Origin: Chiloscyllium plagiosum
Lineage: Eukaryota
DNA length: 64,000 nucleotides
Reading direction: 5' to 3'
NCBI RefSeq assembly: GCF_004010195.1
Contig: NC_057719.1
Location: forward strand, 70,045,893 to 70,109,892
The notes beneath the pieces were generated by a model that saw only the letters and a program-made list of their open reading frames with translations, did no database searches and was not told where the DNA came from. Numbering within the stretch: position 1 is the first letter of the stretch; each line of letters opens with the position of its first letter. The translations under genes and the position numbers were made by a program. Shown piece after piece: positions 1 through 11,640 of the stretch.

Positions 1-45
1 TGCTGTACATCTCTATGACTCTTCTACAAAACCAATTTCAATGAA

Positions 46-234
46 GGTTCACTAGCTCATTTGGCTGGATGCACGGTTATCATACAAAGTGCTGCTAACA
101 GCGTGGATTCAATTCTTTTATCAGCTGAGGTTATTATGAAGGACTCTCTTTCGCAACCTCTCTCTTCACTTGAGGTGTAGTTAGCCATGGATTAAACCAG
201 CACCAATCATCTCTCTCTAATGAGTAGGCAGCCC
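46..234 (+). mobile_element. tRNA-derived SINE (decayed)
   Basis: A-box-like TAGCTCATTTGG (53-64) and B-box-like GGATTCAATTCT (105-116), followed by a non-tRNA body. Confidence 0.6.
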
Positions 235-1628
235 AATTAAGTTGGACAACAAATATTGTCATTGGCAATAATGTCCACATTTCATGAAAGAACCCAAAAA
301 AAGGAACTTGTCATGACTACCGAATGCCTATATAGCGCTGTGCAGCTCATGAAATATTTTGAAAGTACTGCCGGTGTTGTAATGTAGGAAAGTTAAGGAG
401 CTACGATCATCCAGACTTTAGCATAAACAATACCAGCATTGCTCCAAACATGAGTGTTTTCTTAAAAATGTTCTTCATCAGAAAACAATGTTTTCCAGAA
501 ATAAAATGAACATTACACATGAGATTAATATTTTTCTGGTCGATAGACAGAGGCATTTTAATAATATTAAATCTTACTCTTTGGATAAAAAGATATAGAA
601 TTCATTGTCTTGTGAACTGATTTATAACCAAAACTTTCATTATTCTGCATTAAATTTACAATGTATCTTGTTACAGTCAGAACATCAAGGTACATATCAA
701 AGTTTCAACTTTGTTACCTGTGTAGTAAAGTGGCAACGTGGTTTATTTATCTTTTATGATATTTATTCCATTGAAATTAATGGAACCAAAATTGGGCAGG
801 ATCTACTAATGTCATGGAATTCAATCTGCTAGTTTATCAATCAGCTGACCCAGTGCATATCCTTCTCCAATGTCTTATTACGATACTGTCAACAGCAGAA
901 TTCAATGAAATCAACCTGATCAGGTGAGGGGCACCACGTCTTGATGATTCAGCAAGAAGCTAACAACTAAAAATGCCAAGAAGTATCAATTTAAGTACAA
1001 ATAATGTAAACTGCTTAACGAAGTTCAGGAATTACTTTACCAGTTTTCAACAGCCGTGAAACAGGCTGATGCTTCAACAAAGTAACAGACTACTTTTGGA
1101 AAATATTGTAAATCAATTCATTAACACCGCACGAATCAGTAATGATCTGAAGTGGGACAACTTGTGAAGTTACGAGAGACAGCTGTGATACAAATATTTA
1201 ATTAACTGCCTTGATTGACCACATCAGGGACAGAGAGTTGCCACTTCATTTATTTTTTTAAACTGAGATTCTCCTTTGCCCTAAATGGAGAGCAGGTAAA
1301 TTGTTTTGAAGGTTGAGGGTGTGGTTACTAATAATTTATGAAATAACTAAAGTAGGAATGCCAAACGTAATCCCAGATACCAAAAATGACCCACAGTATC
1401 CTACATCATGCATACGTTTGTGTTGGCTCTACACATCTGCACCAACAATCCTGATGTCACATTAAATATTGCAACATAGCAGCTGACTTGAGTTGCAGTG
1501 ACTGTAAAGCTCAATGAATCTTATTACTTGATATTGTGGGTGAATGAAGTCCATAAGCAGGCTGTGAATTACCTTGGCCATTAGTGGGTGCAATGGTTTT
1601 GGGTTGCATTATGTTGTGGCAGCCTTTG

Positions 1629-1957
1629 TAGATTAGATTCCCTACAGTATAGAAACAGGCCCTTCAAACCAACAAGTTCACACCAACCCTCTGAAGAGCA
1701 ACTCACCCAGACCCATTCCCCTACCATATATTTACCCTTGACTAATGCATCAAACACTATGGACAATTTAGCATGGCCAATTCACCTGATCTGCACATCT
1801 TCGGATTGCAGGAGGAAATCAGAGCACCCGGAGGAAACCCACACAGACACGGAGAGAATATGCAAACTCCACACAGACAGTCACCTGAGGCAGGAGTCGA
1901 ACATGGGTCCCTGGTGCTGAGAGGCAGCAGTGCTAACCACAGAGCCACTAGGCCGCC
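1629..1957 (-). mobile_element. HE1-type SINE (elasmobranch)
   Basis: Minus strand reads GGCGGCCTAGTGGCTCTGTGGTTAGCACTGCTGCCTC (tRNA head), core TGTGTGGAGTTTGCA...GGGTTTCCTCCGGGTGCTC, and a tail ending in AATCT repeats; five similar copies occur in the window. Confidence 0.9.
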
Positions 1958-2724
1958 TTGTGGCTGAGATTGGGCTGGGACAAGATGGGAGTAATGTGTG
2001 GCAAGTGCATTTTAAGCCTTTAATTCTTGCAGACCTCCAGATCATTTGGAAGGGCTGTGAATCATAATGGAAAGTTCAAATTGTCAACTTTGGTGAAGGC
2101 AGAGCTAGCTGGGAGAAAAATAACAATCAAAATCTGTCTCACCGACATACTGCCTGTATTTATTTTGAACAACAATTCTAGCACTTAACATTTAATCTGC
2201 GTTTATGTAAGACATCATAATTTTGAAGTCACTTCCCTGAATAACTTAAATTGCGAGCAAAAGGAAATATTAGTTAAACTAAATCAAACCTATAATGGCA
2301 GATTTCAATACAGTCAGAATCCTGGGGAAGTATGTTAGGGGATGTATGTTACTATTTATACAGGTGTAGCACTATAATTCAATTTAGTAAGAATATGAAA
2401 TTGAATAAAAATTGTTTAGTAGATTCAGGAAGGAAAATAAATCTATGAATTTTGATTGTATATGAGTAAAAAGACTTGCAATTGCTCTTTATCTTGATAA
2501 TTTTACAATTAAGCACAATGATCTATGGAAGTCAAGTGTAAAGTTTAGCATATGTGCTTGTAAGTTAATGAGGATGGAGAGACAGAGTGTGATCACAACC
2601 AAGATACTGGTCATGCACAGTATCTGAGGGATTGCATCTGCAAAGCAGTACCTGAGTGTGTGTTAGAAGCACCTTGAGTGAAAACATTTGCAGAGTTATG
2701 AGGTAATGTGGGCAGAGTGGAATT

Positions 2725-3535
2725 AGCAGAGCTGCTGATGCAGAGCCGATGAGTGTGGTGCTGGAAGAGCACAGCAGGTCAGGCAGCATCCAAGGAGCAG
2801 GAGAATCAAAGTTTTGAGCATTAGCCCTTCACCAGGAATGAGGGGGTGGCCCAAGGGGGCTGAGAGACAAATGAGACAGGGTGGGGCTGGGGGGGGGGAG
2901 GTAGCTGGGAATGCGATAGGGAGAAGAAAGTGGTGTTGAAAGTGATAGGTGATGAACGGAGACTGGATAGATGGGAAGGAACAGGTAGGACAGTTCAAGA
3001 GGGCGGTGCTGAGTTGGATGGTTGAATCTGGGATAAGGTAGGGGAAGGGGAAATGAGGAAACTGTGAAATCCATATTGGTCCCGTATGGTTGGAGGGTTC
3101 CAAGGCAGAAGATGAGGTGATCTTCCTCCAGGCGTCTGGGATGTTCTATGGTGGAATTGGTTGAAGGCAGAGGAATTGAGAACAAAGGAGAGTGTTTTTA
3201 CAGGAGGCAGGGTGGGAGGAGGTGCACTGCAGGTAGCTGAGGGAGTCGATGGGTTTGACGAAATGTTCGTGTTGTGTCGGTCGCCGGAAATGGAAATGGA
3301 GAGGTCCTCCTCCTCTCCTCTCCTCTCCAACCTATCACCTTCACCCAGCCTTCATCTGCCTATCGCATTCCCAGTTACCTTTCTCTCAACCCCCTTGGGC
3401 CATCATTCCTGATGAAGAGCTTACTCTTGAAATGTCGATTCTCCTGCTCCTCAGATGCTGCCTGACCTGCTGTGCTTTTCCAGCACCACACTCTTCGACT
3501 CTGATCTCCAGCATCTGCAGTCTTCACTTTCTCCT
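2725..3535 (-). mobile_element. Penelope-like element fragment (Neptune-type) with an inverted pLTR
   Basis: Minus-strand remnants DLSISISGDRHNTNI..KPIDSLSYLQCTSSHPASCKN (RT C-terminal region) and RRLEEDHLIFCLGTLQPYGTNMDF (end of GIY-YIG region). 2730-2850 is an inverted repeat of about 3390-3520; hammerhead-like motif at 3405-3440. Confidence 0.8.
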
Positions 3536-4077
3536 AGGCTGATAGGAGTAGAGCCGCAGAAGAACTTAAAGAAAGAATAAGAATTGAGGAACTAGAAGTT
3601 AAGAGGACCTGTGTGAAAGATTTTAATTAGGGTTATACTGATGCTATGAGAAAGGTGCAAACATGATTGGAGAGATTAAAATATAATAAGGAATGTAAGA
3701 TGGGCAGTTATATAGGAGGCAACAGGATACTTAATAGCCTTCTAAAAATTAAAGGACGTTGAAGACAGGATATTCACTTGCAAAACAAGGGGGTTCAAGA
3801 CTAGATTTTTTGAGGGAGGTTGATGTTGGATGCTTTGAAAGAGGGAATTGTACCTGAAGAAAAGATCCATCTATTGTCAGAGACAGAGGTCAGAAAGTAA
3901 TGTTAGGTGGTCTGGGATTTACTTACAGTGGGGTCACTAGGGTAGGATTTTTATTCTTTGGAATAGAGGAGCTAAAAAGTTGAAATGAGAGAGTACACTG
4001 AATGAGAAATTTATGAATTACAAGTTAGTAACACAGAAAGGCGTTTTACATGGGAGATATTTGGCTTGGTGGGCAAG

Positions 4078-4562
4078 AGAAAAGAGAATGGGGAGCCTAG
4101 ACATTGTGGGTATTTAGAATAGTTGGTGCTTATCTTGTTGACAAGTAAATCAATGATCTCTTCATCATAATTGTTGTGATGGTGGTAAACCAATTTAGGC
4201 CAAAGCCTTTTAGGAGTTGATTGATATGATAAAGGTAACAAACATTGGTATATTACTCTTTTTATAATACAATGATGAAAAGGTGGACAGGTTTGCAGAG
4301 GAGAGCAACACCTTGCATTGGATAGTTAAGCTAGTACACTTTTGAAATGGGACTGACAAGGAATGAGAGACACTAAAGAATATCCAAAGCTGGAAGTGAG
4401 GAGTGACTGAGAAAAATCAACACTTACAAAGGTATGATGGGTTATGAAGACCAAAGGGGTCAGTCACCAGGCAATTGGGGAATATGAAAGTGCAGTTATT
4501 AATATGCACTAAGTATTTTTTTTCCTCCCTGACACTACTGCAGAAGGGGGTGGTGTTGGAAG
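4078..4562. repeat. Direct repeat, copy 1 (partner 6041-6500)
   Basis: Aligns by eye with 6041-6500; 4235-4455 is identical to 6196-6416. Confidence 0.95.
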
Positions 4563-5417
4563 AGATCAGATTTAAATGATGAATGAGTTGGGGATGTGCA
4601 TGTCACAATGTACAATGTCATTCAAACTCTTAAATGAGATACAGCTTACACTTATTCCATGTATCAAATGGATAACACTGCTTTCAGCACTTAAGTGTTC
4701 ATACACTGCTATGCAGCATATTTATTAAAAACAACAAACCACATTTTATACTACCTGATAATGTACAAAATGTAGAACTGAAAATGGAGAAAGGAAAATG
4801 CAGAACGGAAAATGAAGAATGTACTTTGATTTATTTATTCTTCAGAGTTCCACAACAGCAATAGTACATGCAATGCTGCAGTAATTAATTGAGATTGTCA
4901 ACTAGAAAACAGCATCTAAAAGAATTCTCACAAATTAAATATTATTTCAAAATTCAACATAAGGGCTACAACACCAGCAGTAACATAAAAAAGATTACAT
5001 CTACAAATCACATATAACTGGCATTAATATATCAGACTTTGTAAAAATGGATGCACAAAAAAAGACAGAGGTACACGAAGTATACATACAACGGGACAAA
5101 CGTAAGCAAAAAATACTAAAAACTGCAATGAGAACGTGAAGTGCAAACATGAACAATAATTTAAAATAATAAAGTATTTGTCTTGTCCCAAGTTGGGGCT
5201 AATTGATCTCAATCCTTGCTCTTGACTTTTTATTTAAAATGCTGCTTATTTCTTTAGTTTTTTTTTCTGTATTTCAGCCCTAATTCCACTCAAATTTGCA
5301 TGTCTGGAGAGTTGTTCGTCTATCTACTTATCGTCAGTTTTCCTAGTTTTGACCAGAATTTACATGACCACATATTTTTAAACCATTAAATGCTGGCATT
5401 TTGTACTGGAATCTCCA

Positions 5418-5430
5418 CCAGCAGGTGGCA
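5418..5430 (+). promoter_or_regulatory. CTCF consensus core motif
   Basis: CCAGCAGGTGGCA matches CCASYAGRKGGCR exactly; occupancy unknown. Confidence 0.35.
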
Positions 5431-5879
5431 ATCACAAGGAAGGGCAGCTCAGGCAGTCAACAGACTCTCTCTGGAGAAAAGGGGTTTCTCTTAGCAGGGA
5501 AAAGCTTCATATGAAGAATGATCAAAGTTCCTCAACTTAATGTAAACCACAGGTTAAAGTCCATGGAAATACTGTGTCTTTGAACTTTGGTGAATCCATG
5601 CATTCATATCAGATTATTATTTTTGGTGACAGGACTCCACAGCACAGGCGTCAAGTCATGGCAAATGAAATGGAAAGGTGCCTCTGGCTTAGATGGAATG
5701 GCTGGTGATAGTGTTGAAACTGACAGTATCCATGAGGTTGGCTGAAGCTGCTATGGTATCATGGAAAACTCAGGTATTGGCAGAGGAAATTGGACCTTTA
5801 GGACAAACCTAGGCAGAGGATCCCGAAGTGCACTCGCTCAATGTTACAGAGGAAGGAAGCTATACTCACGGTCAGGTAT

Positions 5880-6025
5880 TTGACCTGTCATCAAGTAGGA
5901 AGCTGGACAGGTTTGTGGGAAGACTAGAAACACCCAATCATCTGGCGATTGAAGACTGGATTGAGGATGCAGCACTGGTTATAACATCCGGAGGCTTAAA
6001 TGCATATGATTAAGCAGCATTGGTA
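5880..6025 (+). mobile_element. Ty3/Gypsy gag remnant (PNMA-like capsid N-terminus)
   Basis: RKLDRFVGRLETPNHLAIEDWIEDA resembles the RKLxxFxG...E/DW motif of PNMA-like gag; the frame is stopped shortly after. Confidence 0.5.
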
Positions 6026-6040
6026 ATGGAACATCAGTGC

Positions 6041-6500
6041 AGAAAAGGGAATGGGGAGACAAGACAGCATGGGTATTAGACAGGTGGTGTTTATCTTGTT
6101 GACAAGTAAATCAATGATCTCCTTATCATAATTGTTGTGATGGTGGTAAACTGATTTAGGCCAAAGCCTTTTAGGAGGTGATTGATACGGTAAAAGTAAC
6201 AAACATTGGTATATTACTCTTTTTATAATACAATGATGAAAAGGTGGACAGGTTTGCAGAGGAGAGCAACACCTTGCATTGGATAGTTAAGCTAGTACAC
6301 TTTTGAAATGGGACTGACAAGGAATGAGAGACACTAAAGAATATCCAAAGCTGGAAGTGAGGAGTGACTGAGAAAAATCAACACTTACAAAGGTATGATG
6401 GGTTATGAAGACCAAAAGGCCAGACAATTAGGGAGTTATTAACATGCACTAAGTTTTTTTTCCTCCCTGAGACTACTGCAGAAGGGGGTGGTGTTGGAAG
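6041..6500. repeat. Direct repeat, copy 2 (partner 4078-4562)
   Basis: See copy 1; offset about 1960 bp. Confidence 0.95.
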
Positions 6501-6573
6501 TGAGGAATAATGTGAAGCAATACAGATGTTCTGTGAAATCTGCAGTGGATCTTGGACATACTGTTGGCACATT

Positions 6574-8310
6574 TGGCGACAGATATGACAGCAGAAGTTT
6601 TATGAATGCAAGCAAGTCAAAGGAGAGGGCCTAGTTTTTGGGCTTGTTGACATTGTTTTACTACATCGTCTTCTTGGAACCGTCCTTTAAAATTCAAGGA
6701 CTACCTAGCAGAAGCACTTAGGAATGGGAACCTCTAAACAGAGTTGAGGAAATTTAATAGTGACAAACCCCAACTGTCTTGGATAAGTGGGATAACATTG
6801 GACACCTAAGATCAGGAAAGAGATTCCCATCAGGGATGTGACTGTCAGCATGGATGGGGATAAAGATCTCAGGCTGCAGATTGTTGCACAGCAAGGGTAG
6901 ATTTAGCCCTTGTTGTACTGTCCCTACAGTTAGCCTCATGGCAGATACCATTCAAAAGATTCTCCAAAGACATGATGGAATTGTGATAGAATTGGACACT
7001 TAAAGTGAGACTGCATTTACACTACTACTGCTTTCGAAAGCAAAAGAGCTGTAGCAAAATTCTACATTACTTGGTTAACAGCTGGATTGCTTTAACAGCT
7101 GGATATGGTAATGAGCCAAGAACCAGGATGAAACTGCATTACGAACTGCTATGAGAATTGCGAAGGATTCATTTTCAACAGCAAGAGTTGCATAACAAAT
7201 GTGACTGGATTAACACTTCTGTTGCTATCCAGTTGCTATCCACTTTTGTTGCTATCTGTTGCATCTGACCCAACTGAGACAAAGTTATAGATCTAACAGA
7301 CGTGACTAAGCCTTAAGACAAAGAAGACCTGCAGCAATGAATCTCCTAGAACCAAACACACCAAATCTTTCTGACAAAACATCTTTGTGAAGAGAAATCT
7401 TAAGGAAGGACATAATTATATGTTTGGTATGAGGATCATCAGTATGTGCTTGAATCACTCAAGCAAGCATTATCATTAGAAGCTTGCATCCTTTAGCAGT
7501 TTGACCCAAACACAATAAAACTGGAAAATGTTGCATCTTAGAAAGGGCTAGAAGAGTACATCATGGAACATGAAAAGCCAATTTAATTTGGATCCAAATG
7601 TCCATCACAAGCGCAATTCAATTATTACAACATAGCATTTGAAACACTTGCTCTGGTACTCAGAATCACAAGTTCCATATGCATCTGTTTGCTAAAGAAT
7701 TCACTGTGTGCACTGATCAAATACCATCAGGAATGATTTCGTGCAAACCACCTAGACTATAAAGACTTCCAATAAAAAACACAGGGATATGACTTTGATG
7801 TATCCTACAAACCTGGTATCAAATAACTACACTCCTCGTCATGGGTTTACCATCACCAATAAACATCATGTTTGGAGGACAAGATGGGACAATGCTGCCA
7901 ATCCATGATGTGCCCATGTTCTTAGAAGCTCATCTCGGCAAACAAGGGAGATGAAGATGGTACATGACTGACTGACAGAAAGGAATGTGGTCACCTGCAG
8001 CATTAGGAAAAGCACCCTAAATCCTAAAAAATTACAAAATCAAATGGAACAACATTAAGGATAAACAGAAAACAACTCAGGGAACTATATAATATTTCAA
8101 CTGTACACAAAATACCCTCAAACAATAAGCTTGGATAATGAAGGTGTTGAAGATCAAGACAACAATTAACATGCTAAAAACACGTAAGACTCCAAATGAT
8201 CTCTCAAGTCAAGAACACCTAGCTATGAAGTCTGATTGTCTTGAAGATTACATCAGCACAAGTTCCAGAAGGATTCTAAAATCACCTACAAGTTTACAGA
8301 GTCTTAGACC
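6574..8310 (+). mobile_element. Decayed Ty3/Gypsy LTR-retrotransposon internal region (RNase H remnant)
   Basis: About 7455-7825 translates with stops to FDPNTIKLENVAS*KGL..EKPI*FGSK..QFNYYNIAFETLALV..KFHMHLFAKEFTVCTDQIP..KPPRL*RL..GYDFDVSYKPG (Gypsy RNase H pattern). PBS-like TGGCGAC at 6574-6580; SRRILKSP near 8260-8290 resembles the pol C-terminal motif. Confidence 0.75.
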
Positions 8311-9039
8311 TTAAACTCTTCTGTGCAAATAGTTTTGCAAACATCTTAATGCAAATGTATTAACATTTAGTGTACCTAATTTTATCTTGGGTGGGGGCAG
8401 CAAGGGAATAGTGGAGTGTATTATTATTTCAGGAGCTGAATACGTCAATGAACCAAGGACAAGGATGAAACCACTAATCAATGACCATTTGCACTCCAGC
8501 TGAAACAAACAATAGGAGGACACCTATGTAGCTATCTATTACTGCAAGTTGAGTCTGAGCTGTTAAATCAACCTGCATGACATTTTCAAGTGAATTGAAT
8601 CCATGCTACTTAATCTGTATTACTTACCAGTAAGAAGAAATACAATGCAAATAAAGCACCAACTTCTTCATTTTGACAGCATATGTTCAATAAAAATAAT
8701 GTTTAGAACTATTGATATTATCACATACTCATTAGTCAGCTCTGCTTTATCACACACTGTTGTGTTTTTCTCAGGAGCTTTAATATGGCATGGTTTCCAA
8801 ATCTCATCAGTTGCCAGTTAAAATCATTGCAAATGTGACAAAGTGAATACTAAAGAAGGCAGTTGCAATCTTTGTGGTACCTCAGAGATTGTTCAACTAA
8901 CACGGTATGCAAAATTTTCACATCCCTGGTATGGCAGGATCAATGCTGAAAAAATGGCAAAAATAGCATAAAATCTACAATGTACATCTGGATAAGATTG
9001 TAGACATCAGACCACTATATGCAGGCATGACATAACTTT

Positions 9040-9236
9040 ATAAGACCATAAGACATAGGAGTGGAAGTAAGGCCATTCGGCCCATCGAGTCCACTCCGCC
9101 ATTCAATCATGGCTGATGGGCATTTCAACTCCACTTACCCGCATTCTCCCCGTAGCCCTTAATTCCTTGTGATATCAAGAATTTATCAATTTCTGCCTTG
9201 AAGACATTTAGCGTCCCAGCCTCCACTGCACTCTGT
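9040..9236 (-). mobile_element. CR1 LINE 3' end (5'-truncated)
   Basis: Minus strand ends ...CTCGATGGGCCGAATGGCCTTACTTCCACTCCTATGTCTTATGGTCTTAT, a CR1-type tail. Confidence 0.8.
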
Positions 9237-9789
9237 GAGGGCTGAACACTGATGGATATGAGGGCTAGGATCTGTGACACAAGATGTGTGATTTATCTAT
9301 ATTTTAACATTATTTACTTTTGAGCTTGTCACGTGAGAGATTTGGTCCATGTGTCTGAAAGGGTTTAATGACTAACTTGATCTCTACAGTCACGGCAATT
9401 TAAAAAAAAAACATTCTAAGAGTGATTGTTCTTGGATGCAAATGGAAATGTTTACACTGAGAAAGCTTTTAATGAGTCATGTTGAGTATTAGATTGAAGA
9501 AAGCTTTTGAAAAAGGGATTCAGTTTGACAATTTTGCAGAAATTTCAGCTGAAGTTGGTGTGAAAACCAGCTGCTCATGAGAAAGGGAAATAATTAAGAA
9601 CTCTGCAAAAACAGGTTACAAGAGGTTTTGTTTTAAAGTTCCAGACAAATGTGTTTGGGTAAAACCTTGAAGTGATTATTTGAAGCTGAGAATATCTAAG
9701 CTCAGTTCTACAAAGGCACCAGGAAGAGGGTATCAGACCCTCAAGATAGGGAATTGAACCCATAGTTCCATTTAGCCCAACGGATTTGA

Positions 9790-10241
9790 TACAGCAGGGA
9801 GTTCTCATTGAACTGAACCCTTACCTCAGCCGTTGATGAGTGACTTGGCTCCTGCGGCAGTCAACTGGATTAAAATAAAAGACCCCGTCTCCAATGCCCC
9901 ATCCATCAACATCTCCAGCTCTATGTCCATAAAGCAGGAGTAACTTTTTTTTTCTGGGTTATGTTCTCTGTAACAATGGTCAAGCAACAAAGTGTTCCTG
10001 GTTTGCAGTGCTTGAAGTGATGGTACAGCTGAGGTTTAAATAAGATGCCAGCAGCATGAACACCACACAATCCCAACAGGGACAAATGCTTCTGCCTACC
10101 CTGCTGCACAATAGGGAAAAACAGAGCCTGTCTGCATAATTAATGAGGTGATGAGCAGAAAGATGCAGAAATACACTCTGAGCCATGAAGGACTCGATCC
10201 TCACTCAACAAAGCACAAATGAAAATGGAAAGATTCCACCC
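9790..10241 (-). mobile_element. PIF/Harbinger-type element end with Myb/SANT-like ORF remnant
   Basis: Terminal GGGTGGAATCTT at 10241; frameshifted KKKVTP..FMDIELEMLMDG resembles the Myb/SANT N-terminus also seen near 53.5 kb. Confidence 0.45.
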
Positions 10242-11640
10242 AGTGCACTCAGATTCTGCATGGATCCGCTAGCGGGAGTATTTGTAGACATCTTTAACCT
10301 CTCCTTAGCATGACCTGAAGTCCTCACCTGCTTCAAGAAGACTACCATCATTCAGGTGCCAAAGAAACATCATGCACTGTGTCTACTGCTCAGTCGCTCT
10401 GACTTCCATTATTATGAAGTGCTATGAAATGTTAGTCATGGCTCACATCAACTCTAGCCTACCAAATTGTCTTAATCCTTTGCAATTCGCCTACTATCAC
10501 AACAGATCCATAGCTGATGTCATCTTGCTGCCCCTACACTCATCCCTGGAACATCTGGATCACAAGGATACCTACATCAGGCTCCTACTTATTGACTACA
10601 GTTTCTGCCTTCAACACCATAATTCCAAACAAACTAATTTCTAAACTCCCAGACCTAGGTCTTGGCTCCCGCCTCTGTCACTGGATCTTTGATGTCCTAA
10701 TCCATAGATCCCAATCAGTAAGAACGTCTCCTCTAATACAATCCCCAACACCGTTGCCCCAAAAGGCTGCATACTCAGCTCACTACCATACTCCTTACAC
10801 TCACAGCGGTGTGGCCAAATTCTGCCCCAACTCCATTTACAAATCTGCTGATGCCACCACCGCTCTAGACCAGATCGCAAACAAGACAGAATACAGGAAA
10901 GCGATTGAGAGCTTAGCAGCATGGTGTACAGACAACAATCTCTCCATCAACATCAGCAAAATGCATTAGCAGGTCATCGACTTCAGGAAGCAGAATCAAG
11001 TGCACGCCCCTGTCTGCATCAATGGTGCAGATGTGGAGATGGCTGGGATTGATGATCACCAACAATTTGCCTTGGTCCACCCACATCAACTCAATGGTCA
11101 AGAAAACACAACAATGTCTCCACTTCCACAGGTGGCTAAGGAAATTCAGCATGTCCACAAAGACTTTTACCAATTTTTATAGACGCACCAGAGAAAGCAT
11201 GCTACGTGAATGCATCACAGTGTGGTATGGCAACTGCTCTGCTCAAGACCAAAAGAAACTACAGAGGGCTGTTCATCACACAAACCAGCCTTCCATCCAC
11301 TGACTCCATCTACACTTCCTGCTCCTCACAAATGTAACCAACATAATCAAAGATCCCTCCCACCCTGGTTATACTCTCTTGCACCCTCTGCCATAGAGCA
11401 GAAGATATAAAAGTTTGAATATACATACAAATAGATTCAAGAACAGCTTCTTCCCTGCTCGGGTGTTAATTCTGATCTCTCTCTGTCTCTGCACCTTCTC
11501 TGCAGCTGTAACACTGTAATCTGCACTCTGTTGTGCAACCCTGATACACTTTATCTTGTGTGTTCTGCTATATAGCACGCTGAACAACACTTTTCACTGT
11601 ATATCAGTACATATGCCAAAAATAAATCAATACATCAATA
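10242..11640 (+). mobile_element. Rex1/Babar-clade LINE, 5'-truncated, decayed RT
   Basis: CFKKTTII.VPK, LTSIIMKCYE, LNPLQFAY..NRSIAD..SLEHLDHKDTYIRLLLIDYS/SAFNTIIP, LSINISK and CITVWYGN, with frameshifts; AATAAATCAA-type tail. Confidence 0.88.

Noticed and set aside
46..120. tRNA gene-like A and B boxes (also in HE1 heads)
   Set aside because: No full cloverleaf, and they run into SINE bodies, so they are SINE heads rather than tRNA genes.
1581..1967. Recurrent 60-110 aa ORFs (e.g. DCLCGVCIFSPCLCGFPPG) here and at 17.5, 18.9, 41, 50 and 54 kb
   Set aside because: These are translations of HE1 SINE copies, not a gene family.
4078..6500. Direct repeats read as the LTR pair of one retrotransposon
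   Set aside because: No TG..CA ends, no PBS after copy 1 and no TSD, and gag lies next to copy 2 rather than copy 1.
8627..8685. Signal-peptide-like minus frame MLSK*RSWCFICIVFLLT with a consensus gtaagt donor
   Set aside because: In-frame TGA and no supporting acceptor or promoter evidence.
8790..8815. CTGATGA...GAAA on the minus strand
   Set aside because: No stem II or stem I pairing; a chance hammerhead-like word.
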